Below, in pieces: positions 23,982 through 40,822 of a stretch of 64,000 nucleotides of DNA. A program made the position numbers and the translations under genes. The notes under the pieces are model-generated. The model did no database searches. It was not told the origin of the DNA and saw only the letters and a program-made list of their open reading frames with translations. Each line of letters opens with the position of its first letter. The first letter of the stretch is position 1. Origin of the DNA: Macrostomum lignano (lineage: Eukaryota); NCBI GenBank assembly GCA_002269645.1, contig NIVC01000181.1:461693-525692 (forward strand), written 5' to 3'.

Positions 23982-26405
23982 TCAGCCGGCGCCACTGCCC
24001 TCCATCTGGTCCGTCACGCTCAGTCCATAGATTCGCTTCCGGAATGCCTCCCTGTGCTGCTCTTGTAAACTGCTCTTCGGCTTGCTCCGCTTCAGATTGC
24101 CGTCCCACTGCAGGTCAACCAGACCGCCGCGGCCGGCAATTTGACGCTTCACTCGATTGGCGAAGGCAACCTTAGTGGAATTTCATTTCGATACATATCG
24201 TCTGAACTTTTGTCAATTATGCTACTGTAGCATCACTGTGCAAAGACTAAATTATGAGGCGAAATGGGGATATTTTGTTATGGGGAGGCTCTAGAGAGAT
24301 CCTAAGGGATACCTGTGGGCGATTCACATGGATACCTGTGGGAAGTTCTCAGGGATACCTGTGGGCGATTCTCAGGGATACCTGTGGGCAATTCTCATGG
24401 ATACCTGTGGGCAATTCTCAGGGATACCTGTGGGCAATTCTCAGGGATACCTGTGGGCAATTCTCATGGATACCTGTGGGCAATTCTCAGGGATACCTGT
24501 GGGCAATTCTCATGGATAGCTGTGGGCGATTCTCAGGGAGCCTGTAGGAAATTCTCAAAGAAATTTAAGAGCGAATTCCCAGGGACAATTAAGGGGCGAT
24601 TGTCGGAAATTGTCAGACGATTCTCAAGAAGCTGAAGCTCGTGGGCGATTCTCGGCAATACAGTATTGAGAAAGCGACCAAACTCACGGAACTCTCGCCC
24701 TCCTGCTGAATCTGCGGCGGCAGATACCAGACGTCAGCAACAATGGCCCAGCTGGTCATCATCATGAACAGGTAGGTGACCATGCCGCAGGCGGAGCTAT
24801 TCCAGAAGCAGTCGGCAAATCTCGGATCGTATTTGATGGCCACCGGGTAGACAACGCCGCCAGCTTCGAAGCCGCCTTTACGGAACATCATCACGGAGGT
24901 GTTGTTGATGCAGGTGCCCTCGGGGAAGATCAGCACAGGCGGCAGGCCTGGTGTGGACACGTGCTCCTCAAGTTTGCGTTTCACAACGCTGGCATCGCTG
25001 GATTCCGAGCGTTCGAACCAGATATGCGGCGAGGTCCGGTGCAGGGTCTTCTGCATGAAGCCGGTGAAGCCGCCATGGCTCTGGCCCACTATAGAGAACA
25101 CCTGGACGGGTGGGGCGCGAGCGGGCATCGATTTCAGGGCGATTCGAAATGCAGGTTGATCTACGATAACTACGTAGAACATGTGTAGGCAAACTACAGC
25201 CCGCTCAATGTTTGTCTCCTCTCAGCGTTATCATTCTCTCTAATCTCCTTCTTCTCTTCTCCTCTCCTCTCGATCCTCTACTCTCTCCTCTTCTCCTTTT
25301 CTCTTCTCTCTCCTCAGGCTGGCAAACTCCGGCCCCGCAAAGCCTCTCTATCCGGCCCTCGGGGTCGTTTACCTCACAATAGCAATCCGGCCCGCTCAAT
25401 TTTTGTCCCCTGGCAGCGCTATTCTCTCTAATCTCCTCTCCTCTCTCTTTTCTTCTCTCCTTTCCTCTCTTCTCTACCCTCTCCTCTCCCTTGATCCTCT
25501 ACTTTCTTCTTTCCTTCTTCCTCTCTCCCTCTCTCCTCTCCTTTCCTCTTATCTCGCCCCTCCTTTCTTCAATATTCCCTTCTATACTACAGGCGTGAGC
25601 AAAGCACAACAACAGCAATTGGCACCTGTCTGCAGCCCAGCACAACAACATCAATCGGTGAGGTGTGATTGGCCACGCAGATGCCGTTATTCTGCGGCAT
25701 GTTCTCAACGTCGTGAAAGCGCAGCACGGCCGAGAACGCCCTGGCAAAGAGTCGGAAAGCTGTCGGGGTCAGGATTGAGTTGAGGTAGCGGCGCAGGCCG
25801 GGCCAGGGCAGCAGCGCAATGATCAGCGACCCAATGACCAGGTACAGCACGGCGGTGAGGGCCAGAAGCATCCGGAATGGGAACAGGATGCAGTAGCGCA
25901 GAAAGCAGCCCAGCACCCAATAGCAGGTGAGGCGGCTGCTAATGAACTGATACTTATTAGTTCGGGTCAGCAGATTCCACGAGGCCAGGTCTTCCGCAGC
26001 GAACCGTTTCGTCACCTCATCCTCGATGATGGACTCGATGCCGCTCTGCACAAACACGCACAGGTCGGACAGGTGGAATGGTCGCTTCTGACTCGATGTT
26101 GAAGCCTTCGATGGGTCGTCGCTGCTGGCGCAGTCGGCGTGCAGCAACTCGATGCCCTCGGTGGTGAGCTTGGCGTGCCGTTGAATTAGTCGATTGTCTC
26201 GGCTGAGATTGTCGCTGCTCTCCTTCCTAGACGGCGGCCTGCGCTTCTCAACGGCCTGCTCAAACAGGTGCAGCAGTATCCTGATGTACAGCCGGCGGAT
26301 GCCGAAGGAGAAGTTGAATACGGCAAGCAGGGTGGCCACTAGCAGGACCAGACCGACTAAGCGGCCGATCAGCTGCACCGCCCAGTAGAATGCTTCCAGC
26401 GGCAT
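23982..26405 (-). CDS. GPAT4: Glycerol-3-phosphate acyltransferase 3/4-like (AGPAT6/9 family); exons 26405-25626, 25101-24688, 24170-23982 (460 aa)
   Basis: Acyltransferase motifs NHTSPID, WFERSE, IFPEGTCINN, YPVAIKYDPRFADCFWNS, FANRVKRQIAGRGGLVDLQWDGNLKR; phase 0 GT-AG junctions. GPAT3 versus GPAT4 cannot be resolved. Confidence 0.93.
24300..24545. repeat. 23-bp minisatellite in GPAT intron 2, about 11 copies, with degenerate extension to about 24655
   Basis: Unit CTCAGGGATACCTGTGGGCAATT in head-to-tail copies. Confidence 0.95.
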
Positions 26406-26994
26406 GAAGCGAAGCGAGTAGATTAGCAATCCGTTTTGTAGTGTTAGAATCGAGCTTTTTATTGTATATGGCCCATATTAGAGAATTTGGGCTTTTTATC
26501 GTTTTCGTGAAATTCGAAGGAATATCATTTCAGTAAAGAAGTTTTTGTCTCAAAAAGCAAATGTATGCATTCGATAGTCTATGGTACATAGGGATGTTGG
26601 ATCGTATCGTACGCAGTCCAAAATGATTTAGAGTTCCCTCGCGTCGCGTTCAAGCAAAAACTAATAAAGTTGAAGTTGATCGCAGATGAGCAAAGAGCAA
26701 TACATGATATTCCTTCATCCATGTTTCACAGGGATGCAAGCCTTGACCATAGAAAAACAAGAGATTTCAACAGACAAAGATGGATATGGCAGGTGAAGTA
26801 TTAATTTAGCAAGCAGAGCTTCACCCCGAACAGCTTAAACGGCGAAGATATTATCAGAATATATATATATCGGTTTCGATTTCAACATGTACAGCCCCAA
26901 TTTCCTAATCGGTTTCTCTATAGAACTATAGACCCCATTTTCAGCCTACAGACCCCAGGACCACATAAACAACCTATAGAACACGACTGTGAGC

Positions 26995-27647
26995 CGGAGG
27001 AAAGAAGAGATGAGAGAAGAGATGAATTAGGAGAGGGAGAGGAAGGAGAGGAGGAGAGGGGAGGAGAGGGGAGGAGAGAGTAGAGAATCGAGGAGAGAGG
27101 AGAGGAGAGAGATGAGAGAGTAGAGGATCGAGAGAAGAGAGGAGAGGAGAAGAGAGGGGAGGAGAGAGAAGAGGGAAGGAGAGAGGAGAGGAGAGAGTAG
27201 AGGAGAAGAGAGAAGAGAGGAGAAGAGAGGAGAAGAGAGGAGAGAAGAGAGGAGAGGAGAAGAGAGGAGAAGAGAGGAGAAGAGAGGAGAAGAGAGGAGA
27301 AGAGGGAAGGAGAGAGTAGAGGAGAAGAGAGGAGAAGAGAGAAGAGAGGAGAAGAGAGGAGAGGAGAAGAGATGAGAGGAGAGAGGAGAGGAGAGAGTAG
27401 AGGAGAAGAGAGGAGAAGAGAGGAGAAGAGGGAAGGAGACAGGAGAGGAGAGAGTAGAGGAGAAGAGAGGAGAAGAGAGGAGAAGAGAGGAGAAGAGGGA
27501 AGGAGAGAGTAGAGGAGATGAGAGGAGAAAGGAGAGGGAAGTGAGAAAAGAGAATAGGGCCGGATTGCTATTGTGAGGCTTCAAAGGATCCCCAAAGACC
27601 GGACAGAGAGGATTTGAGGCCTGCGGTCCAGAGTTTTCCGACCCCTG
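26995..27647 (-). repeat. GA-rich polypurine tract joined to a hAT-MITE end
   Basis: GAGAGGAGAAGAGAG-like array 26995-27555, then the reverse complement of the CACAATAGCAATCCGGCC motif and a ...TTTTCCGACCCCTG terminus. Confidence 0.75.
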
Positions 27648-29258
27648 CCATAGGCAATAAAAAGTTAGTCTTCAAGAGTTCGCTCCTCTCACTAAGGATT
27701 GCTTGCTCTTAGGCTCAGTTGGCTTGGAAAACCGCACAGAAAAAAGCACAGCAGACGCTTCACACAAACGCTGACAGGGCGCTGCAGTAGCCGCCCTAAT
27801 AGATTACATTCACAAGACACTCGAGGCCAAAGGCCAAAATCACGGGGCAAAAGACGTGCGTGCCTAAAACCAGGCTGAGTAAACAGATAAGAGCCAAAGC
27901 TGATTTGTTGGTCCTAAGAGCCTCAACAAAGTAAAGCTTGACTGAGCAATTTAAATACAATTTTAACGCTTGTCCTATTGACTAGGGTCAGTTTCCTCTA
28001 GGCTCAACGAAATGCTACATGGTGTAAGACTTAAAAGTACAAGTTAAGAATTAGGTACAATGATAAAGTTTTGGCTTAGCTGACTTTCATAAGTTACCTG
28101 TAATGAAAACTTAATAATGAATTTACATTTCGCAAATAAATCACTCTAGTTTCTTTATGAAACATTTTCAATACTAACATTGAGGGGTCTGTAGCATCAA
28201 GAATTTACTGTTTCAAAAAGTGAAACCCCTTATGAAGACAGTGTTAACCACCTTGGATACAAAGTCGAGTTGAAAAGGGAACTTGAGCCGATTTTGACAC
28301 GACAATAAGATATACAAAATTAGAGACAGAAATACAGTCAAGTCTTACAACTGACATTTTAAGTTTGAAAATGACACAATTTTCATCATAAACAGACCAG
28401 AGAGCAGACTTGGATGCAGCTGCATCAATGGCAAACAGAGCTTTTAACTTGGAGACATCCAGATTCAAGTTCCATATCTCTCTGTGAAGAGAAAAAATCC
28501 ATCTTGCTGTATGTGTAAGTCAAGTGGACTCTTCTTAAACAATGGTGACAATATTGCTAGCGCAAAGATCTCTCTACTCTTCAGTCTTCATTCACCCACT
28601 GGCCAGCTATGAAAATTAAGTGGCATTGCATTGATACTGCACAAGTGTTATTGTCAATAAAAAGTCACCACAAAAGAAAGGCAGTAAATGTGCAATGCTG
28701 TCAACTGAGGATATTCTAGATACTGCCAGTAAAATCCCATCCACTACCCAAAGGAAAGAACTATAGATGGGAAAAAATAAAAATGTTTTTAATTTTGAAG
28801 TCTATGTTTGGCTAAAGGTTTTGGAAATATTACCTAAATACCTAAATCACCTAAATTGAAATATTACCTAAATATTATTGTTAATGCTATTTTTGATAGT
28901 GAAATGTACATAGCTATATAGCTATATAGCCTATTTAATATTATATGAATTTCTTGCTTTTCAAAGCTGCCAAACTACAAGCTATGAGCTTATATTTTGA
29001 TCAACTACTTTATAAAGACTATGAATCAATAGTTAAAATGACTGCAATTTTATTCATCTTTAATGCAATGAAACATTGCATATAAGCATAACTTTATTAT
29101 ATACTTAAAATTCCTATATAAAAATATAGGGTCAAACTTTGCATTATCTAAAAGATAACAAAATTTTATACAACCTAACACAAATTATCACTTTAAGTGC
29201 AACTAATTCAAAGTTAGGCCTTCAAATAATTTTACAATATTTATGAGTGTTATATCCT

Positions 29259-29555
29259 CATACATGCGCAACCTCCAACATTCGGTCGGCCATGCAACTT
29301 AGTTTTAACAAAAATGCGACGTAGTTTTTGGCCAAAAATGCAACTTACATGTAAAAAAACCCTAAAGCAAAATTAATGCAACTCTGGATAAATGGCAAGA
29401 GTAACTATGACTTTCTTATTAAGTCAAAATGCCTCGTCAGCTACTTAGTACTACTACTTTGGTATTTTTTGGGTGGGAATTTTTGCTACTTCCTTGATTG
29501 GCCGCCAAATTGGTTGGCCAGATCGGCCGACTTGGCTGACTGTTGCGCATGTATG
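29259..29555. mobile_element. hAT-type MITE (CATACATGCGCAAC family)
   Basis: 14-bp TIR and perfect 8-bp TSD TATATCCT; inverted copy of 18030-18323. Confidence 0.9.
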
Positions 29556-30099
29556 TATATCCTGATATAATATAATAAGTATATCTACATATACTAAAGT
29601 TCACGTGTTGTTTGTCTGTCTGTCTGTCATTTCGACAACTCCTCCTTGAATAGTGGCAACTCAGCGTTGAAACTTATATGGGAAGATGGGGGGCAAACGG
29701 CAACTTAAACCGAGGGACTCTGTGACATCCGCCAGCTTTTCGTTTTTCGAGGAGGCTCTTCCCCCTCCTTTTCGTTCTGGCCTGGCGTGGAAGCGGCTAG
29801 CTTCCTCGTCTTGGTCTGCTGGTGGGGGACGGATCCCCCCTGCTGCTTTTTTGCGGGGCAGGTGGCTGCTAAGTAGTTGGCTGCTGGCTAAGCGCCAACT
29901 ACCCATCGACAGCCCTTAGTTGCAACTGGTACCACACGGGTTCTCGAGGGCCGCTCTTGTGGGGGAGGGCTCGGGCGTCGGCTGTCAACTCGACCTGGCG
30001 CCTGTGTCCCAAGCCCGCAGCCGGCCTCCCGCCCCCTGATCTTGCAGATTGTGGACCGGGGGCCTGCCGGAGCCTCACCTGGGAGCAATCCTGGGATAA

Positions 30100-34984
<4,885 letters not shown>

Positions 34985-35922
34985 TCCTTGTGCTCTTTTA
35001 CCTTGGGGTTGCGATAGGGGCCTCGCGGCCTATTCGCGGCGCCTGCGCCCCCCGTCAGTAGTAAGTATATGGGAAGATTGGAAATTATCCGAGGTCGGCT
35101 ATAGGCTATTTTAATTCTGAAATTTTAATTTCTAAGATCCTCAAAAAAAGCAGAAAACTGCTTTTTTAACCCCCATTAACCTTCTTTTGCCACTCTGCCT
35201 GGGGCTGCAGCCAGTTTGTAAAAATAGCCACCCCTACCTCCGCCCGTGGGCCGCTGTGTATTGAGGGGTGATGGGTGCCCGTGTTCTGCGTTCAATGCAA
35301 ATAAAACCCCCCGCGTGTTGGGGGGTTGAGTTGAATTTAATGCTTCCCCCAGAACAGGGGTTGGGCTAGAGTTGAGTGTACATAGCAGTTGTACAGTGTA
35401 AATAGATAGACTGTGTCGAGATTCATTTGGTTTTATTATTGGCACCTTTTTTCCATAGGCAGCCCTGTGTTTTAGTTTGGCTAATAAACTTGCAAGCTTC
35501 TCTATCTCTAGCAAGCAGTCGGGAAATCGGTAAATTTCAAATGCTAACTGTTCCTCGAGTTTTAAACTTTGAGAGGAGAGACTTATATTGCTGGAAAGAT
35601 CTTGCAACGCTTAGTTCGGGGATATAAGTTGTTTGCTTTAAATATGAAAAGAAAAAACACAGCATTTAAAAAACTATTTCCATACTTTTAACTTTCTGCA
35701 AAGATTGTACTCAGTTTTGCGAGACGTAATAGATAAAGTTGGGGGGAGGGTTCAACTTCTCACTGCTGCTGTGTAATGGAGGGTTGATTTAGATTGCGCA
35801 ATGTTTTTGTTAACTTTAACTGAGACTGATACTGACTAACTGTGAAATCGGTTGCGCAATGAATTGATTCAATTAGTTCAATATTTTTATCGGTGCCTTT
35901 TAACACGAAGCTGTGCGTAGTT

Positions 35923-35946
35923 CTAACCCTAACCATAACCCTAACC
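35923..35946 (-). repeat. Short interstitial telomere-like repeat (TTAGGG variant x4)
   Basis: CTAACCCTAACCATAACCCTAACC, followed by degenerate ACGGAGAGGATTT repeats to about 36200. Confidence 0.7.
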
Positions 35947-36219
35947 AATGAATCCGGAGAGTTGAGTTGTTTGACGGAAAAAATTCGATTGAGTCCAGTT
36001 TAGCGGAGACGATTTCAATGTTTTAATTTTGACGGAGAGGATTTCTGTTTTGCGGAGATAATTAATTATTGATTTCTGTTTTATGGAGACAATTTTGATG
36101 GATTTAAGTTTCAAGGAGAGGATTTTGAAGGAGTCCAGTTTCACGGAGAGGATTTCGATGGTTTTCAGTTGCACGGACAGGATTTCTGCTTCGCGGAGAA
36201 GATCTTGATAGATTTGGCA

Positions 36220-36545
36220 TCTTTAATCAGTCAGAGAAGAGAGTAAAGAGAAGAATGAAAAGAGAAGAGAGATGAGATGATAGAAAACAGAGTAGAAATG
36301 AGTGGAGAGATTAGACATGACAGATGGGAGAGAAGAGGGGAGTAAGGCGGGAACGAAGGAGAGAGAAGAGAAGAGGAGAGATATGAGAGAAGAGAGGAGA
36401 CAAGAGACAGGAGAGGGTACAAACGAAAGACGAGGGAGAAGAGATAAATAAGGGAGTAGGGGTAAAGATGAGATGAGAGAGAGGAGAGAGAAGAGAGTCA
36501 CGATAATAGCGAATAGAAGAGAGAGGAGATATGAGAGACATGAGA
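36220..36545. repeat. GA-rich low-complexity tract
   Basis: Purine-dominated plus strand. Confidence 0.8.
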
Positions 36546-37491
36546 GTCTTTGAGCTATGGTCTTTGAAAAGTTTTGTAAAGAATTTGGAGACGATTTGGA
36601 AGATGGGATTCAAGTGGAGTTTCAGCTGATGGATTTCAGGGAATGGAATTCCGGTGATGGGAGTTCTTCCCCTTTCTCCTCCGGAGGAGATCCACTCGTA
36701 CATAATATATATTTCTGGTTTTTGGCAATATTATATAAAAGTTCTTTTTATCATTTTGATATATTTTACATTTGATTCTTATATCTAAAGCTAAGTAAAC
36801 CAACCAGCAAGGTTTAACATGTATCTCTTACTGGATGGCTAGCAACTCAAATTTAGGACTTATGCATTTTAATGTAGAATTTTCTTATGCAACAAATAGG
36901 CTATTTTTATATAAAATTTCCTAATTTAGTTTGTAAAAAAGCAAATATATATTTTTTAAGCTTCTTTGGCCACTCCACCTTTCTAGTAGAGATGTGGTAA
37001 CATGTTTTTTTAAAGGATAGAAAATAGATGGCTATCAATTTTTATAACTGCTACTATATATTAGAGAAAGGTTAGTACATTCAATGCTAATAAAACCCCA
37101 TATGTTGTGGGTACCATTACATTTTAATTATTGTTTGTTAGAAAGAGGTTGAATGGCTATTTGAATACTTAAATTCAATTTTGTGCATTTTGTTGGATAG
37201 AGGGCATATCAGCCATGTTGGTATCTTGGCAGTAGAAAAGCTAGCAAATTGTGTGACCATTTTTAACTATGTGCTATTGCATTAAGATTCATTTTGTTTT
37301 ATTATCAATAGGTATATATATTAGCTAGGCAATGAAATTTAATGAATAAACTTATATGCCTTATTGTAGCAAGCAGTGAATATACTTAATAGTCCAATGC
37401 TTTAAATCAAGAAATCAAATGCTATTTATCAAGTTTTTAACTTTGAGAGGAGGCACTTATATTGCTAAAAAGATCTTGCAATGCTAGGTTT

Positions 37492-37758
37492 CCCTATTGC
37501 AGCCAAGGTCTGAACCGCGCCGGACGCCCCCCTTTCCCGCGCCAGACATCTACCCGTACTGCGCCAGGGCCAGTCCCCAGGATCAGTGATTTGGTTCAAT
37601 TAGTCAGTCAATGGCTCGCCGCGCGCTGCGCGCCGCCGCCACACACCACGCCACCGCGCGCCGCCGCCACGCGCCGCGCCGCCGCCGCGCGCCGCGCCGC
37701 CACCAGTCCAATCCGCGCCGGACGCCGTCCACGAAAATGGCCATTGGCTGCAATAGGG
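37492..37758. mobile_element. GC-rich hAT-like MITE
   Basis: 15-bp perfect TIR CCCTATTGCAGCCAA / TTGGCTGCAATAGGG; perfect 8-bp TSD CTAGGTTT; paralogous empty site at about 35560-35630. Confidence 0.9.
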
Positions 37759-37789
37759 CTAGGTTTAGGGATATAAGTTGTTCCCTTTT

Positions 37790-38345
37790 GGGAAATTAAA
37801 TAGAAAGATTAGAGAAAATAAAAAAGAGATAAGAGAAAAGATTGGGGAGTTGAGAAGAAAAAGGAAAGAGAAGAAGATAAAAGGAAAGAAAAAGAAAAAG
37901 AAAAGAGGAGACAAGAGATAGTAAAGGGGAGATAGGAAAGATAAAAGATGATAAAGAAAAGAGTAAAAGATATAACAAATGAGATTAGAGAGAAGAGAAA
38001 AGAAAAGAGAGAAAGGACAAGGTAGAAAAGAGACAATAGATAAGACTAAGAGAATATAGATGAGAGATGTGAGAGATGAAAAGAGATAAAAGAGAAAAAA
38101 GTAGAAGGAAACAAGAGGAAAAGGGAGAGATAAGAAAGATAAAAGTAAAGAGGAGAAATTAGAAAGCAGAAAAGAAGAAAGTAGAGAGGAGAACATAGAG
38201 AAAAGAAAGATGAGAGATAAGAGATAATAGTTAAGAGAGTAAATAGGCCTATGAGAAGAGATGAAAGTAGAGAGGAAAGCTTAGAGATAAAAAGAGCAAA
38301 GAAGAGATAGGAGACAGGAGAGAGTCTTAGTCTGGAGGATAACAA
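37790..38345. repeat. GA-rich low-complexity tract
   Basis: Purine-dominated plus strand. Confidence 0.8.
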
Positions 38346-40822
38346 TCAATTTTTGCAAACAGGGAAATCCCTATTGCGTGTATTGGATTAAATGCTGAAA
38401 ACTCATAGATATACACTTTAGAATAAAGTCAAATTATTTTATTGCACTTTATTTCTTTGACCCTTATTATTAAAAGCATTAGACCTACTATTTTTCAATA
38501 TATTTATCCTGATTGTACCTATGTCTTTGGCCAGTCTATGCCTGGATCTACTTAGCTAATAGCTACCCATGTATATGTATTTACTAGAAAAGTAGTAAGT
38601 AAGAAGGGCAACATACATACTACATTTAAAAAAAAGTAGGCCTACACTAGATGCCATCTACAGTTTTATAACTTTTTCTTATAAGAGGAAAACAAGATAT
38701 GATAGGGCCTATTTAGGAAGTTTTATAGAAGATTTGGAAATTAAATAAGATTTGGGTCATTGGATCATAGGCTCATTATTATAAATATAACAAACATCAT
38801 TTTTTAAATTATTGCTTTTTTCAATATTTGTTTAAGCCTTATAATTCTTAAAAACCATTATATGACCTTAAATAAAATAGAACCATTCTAGGCCTATCAA
38901 ACTATTTATTTTATCTATACATAAAATAGTTCTATATCTATGAGCATAGGCTTATAGTACAATAAGATAAACCAGGGACCTGCCCTGGCTACATTAACAT
39001 ACACAAGTTCTTAGTTCTAGTCCAAATTGAAATATTTATTGTAACTTTTTTATACTTCTAGCAGTCCTATTCTAGGTTTAGTTCAAAGTACTAGCTATAG
39101 TGATGTCGTTACTGCAATGCTGATTTATTGAAGTTTTGCCAGAAACAAAATTAACACAAATGTTGCAAAGCAAAATACAATTGCCAAGAAAGAATGAGAA
39201 GTGTAGAAAACAGTGACTTGCTGTTGCTATAATATTTTGTGCGTGACTAGAGTCGAGAAAGAAAGCTAATAGCTTGCGGGAGCGGCTGAGCCATCCAGGC
39301 TAAGCGCTCTATGGTCACAGGGCTCGTACCTCGTGGAGTCGTGATGAGCCTATATAATCTTATTATCGTTTATCGTCCCAAAGTTAAATTTACTCTCGAT
39401 TTACTCAATGTCTTGTACATAGATAAACAAATAGGAAGTTAGATGAAACAATTTTTTCTCTCTATCCTTGGGCCTGTTGCGACAAAAGCTAACTGCTTCT
39501 ATTATTTTTTATTCTCAAGTCGTCTGACTCGAACTGTTGCTACAAAAGCCGATCTGTCTTATTCAGCAACGAGAATGTCAAATGTAATGTGAATTATGGG
39601 CACAAATGGCCATCAGCTTAATCGCCTGAAAAATCAGCGCACTGCGACAGCTCGGGGTGACTTTCGATCCTTGACTTTAATCTCTAGGCCGCTTCTACAT
39701 GTACCGATGATCAGATCGAGGGGTTGTGTACATGTAGGCCTACACAGCGTCTTGACCAGGCCCGAAGAGCACCTCGCAGTCAATTAGATTGTGATCACAC
39801 CTGATGCAGGCTACTCTTAGTAGCCTGAGCTTCCAGCTACTCAGATTCTCTTATCATCTCAGGCGAGCAGAGAAGTGCTTGGCACTCCATGCGCACCTCT
39901 GCGAGGCCTAAAAACGCGACTCACTGGATAAAGAGCAACAAAGAGCGTAATAAGCTGCGAGCTGTCCAGCACCACCTGCTAGTCAGGCCTACAGCTTTAT
40001 TGAAAGTTAGAAAAGAAGATAACAAAAGAGTAAGCTACGCCAAACCGCGCACTCTCACGTCACACGCACACTACTGCGCTAACTGCGCTACACCAGAGAG
40101 TATACTGTGGCGCTACACTGTTTCGCACAGGCGCGCCTTTCCCGCTACTTTGCTAGCTCCGTCCGTGCGAGACCACCAGGCTCCTGAGTGACCAACTACA
40201 GCAGCTTTGGTGAATTAAATGGCTTAGACAACTAAATATGCCAATATGGCAATGTGATGAGGACGCACTTTTTCCCAAATCCCGCGCTAGCACATGGGCT
40301 CTAAACTTACTCGCCTACTAACAGTGGGCAGTGGGCATTTTTATCCTTTTTCTGCGAATTTTCATAGAATCTATACTAGATATAATGTCTGGCCATACTA
40401 GTAGTCATAATAACATAGGCGCAGCTTTTTGGGTCATAAATCATCGCTTTCGAAGCTGATCTGACAGCCACCTGCGCCTCACTCAGTGTTAAAGCGGGCG
40501 CCAGATGGTCTGAGAGGATGCGGGCGGTAGCTTTTTTTCTCATCATTTTGACAGGCCATCAAGATTTATGAGGTCAGAGCCTATTGTTCGGGTTCACTCA
40601 AGCGTGTGACAGCTTTGACAGCTATGCGTTTTACCCCTAAAAGTACCTTGGGATTAGCGATTAGCGATTTCTCTTCATTATCTTCACTTTCTATTTAATA
40701 AGAGCTTTCTAATGTATATTTTTTCATTAATTTCTGTCAATCCTATGCGAAAAGTCATAAATCATTTTGTTGCGATTTTGAGTGATTTATGGCCGCACCT
40801 GTCATCTTTTTACGACCCTGTG

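Noticed and set aside
25403-27584. Leu/Ser/Pro-rich ORFs over CT/GA tracts (also 5846, 36223, 37765-38345)
   Set aside because: Low-complexity translation artefacts.
28244-28468. 74-aa minus-strand ORF, and the 72-aa ORF at 36557-36775
   Set aside because: No recognisable motif, no convincing splice context, AT-rich non-coding composition.
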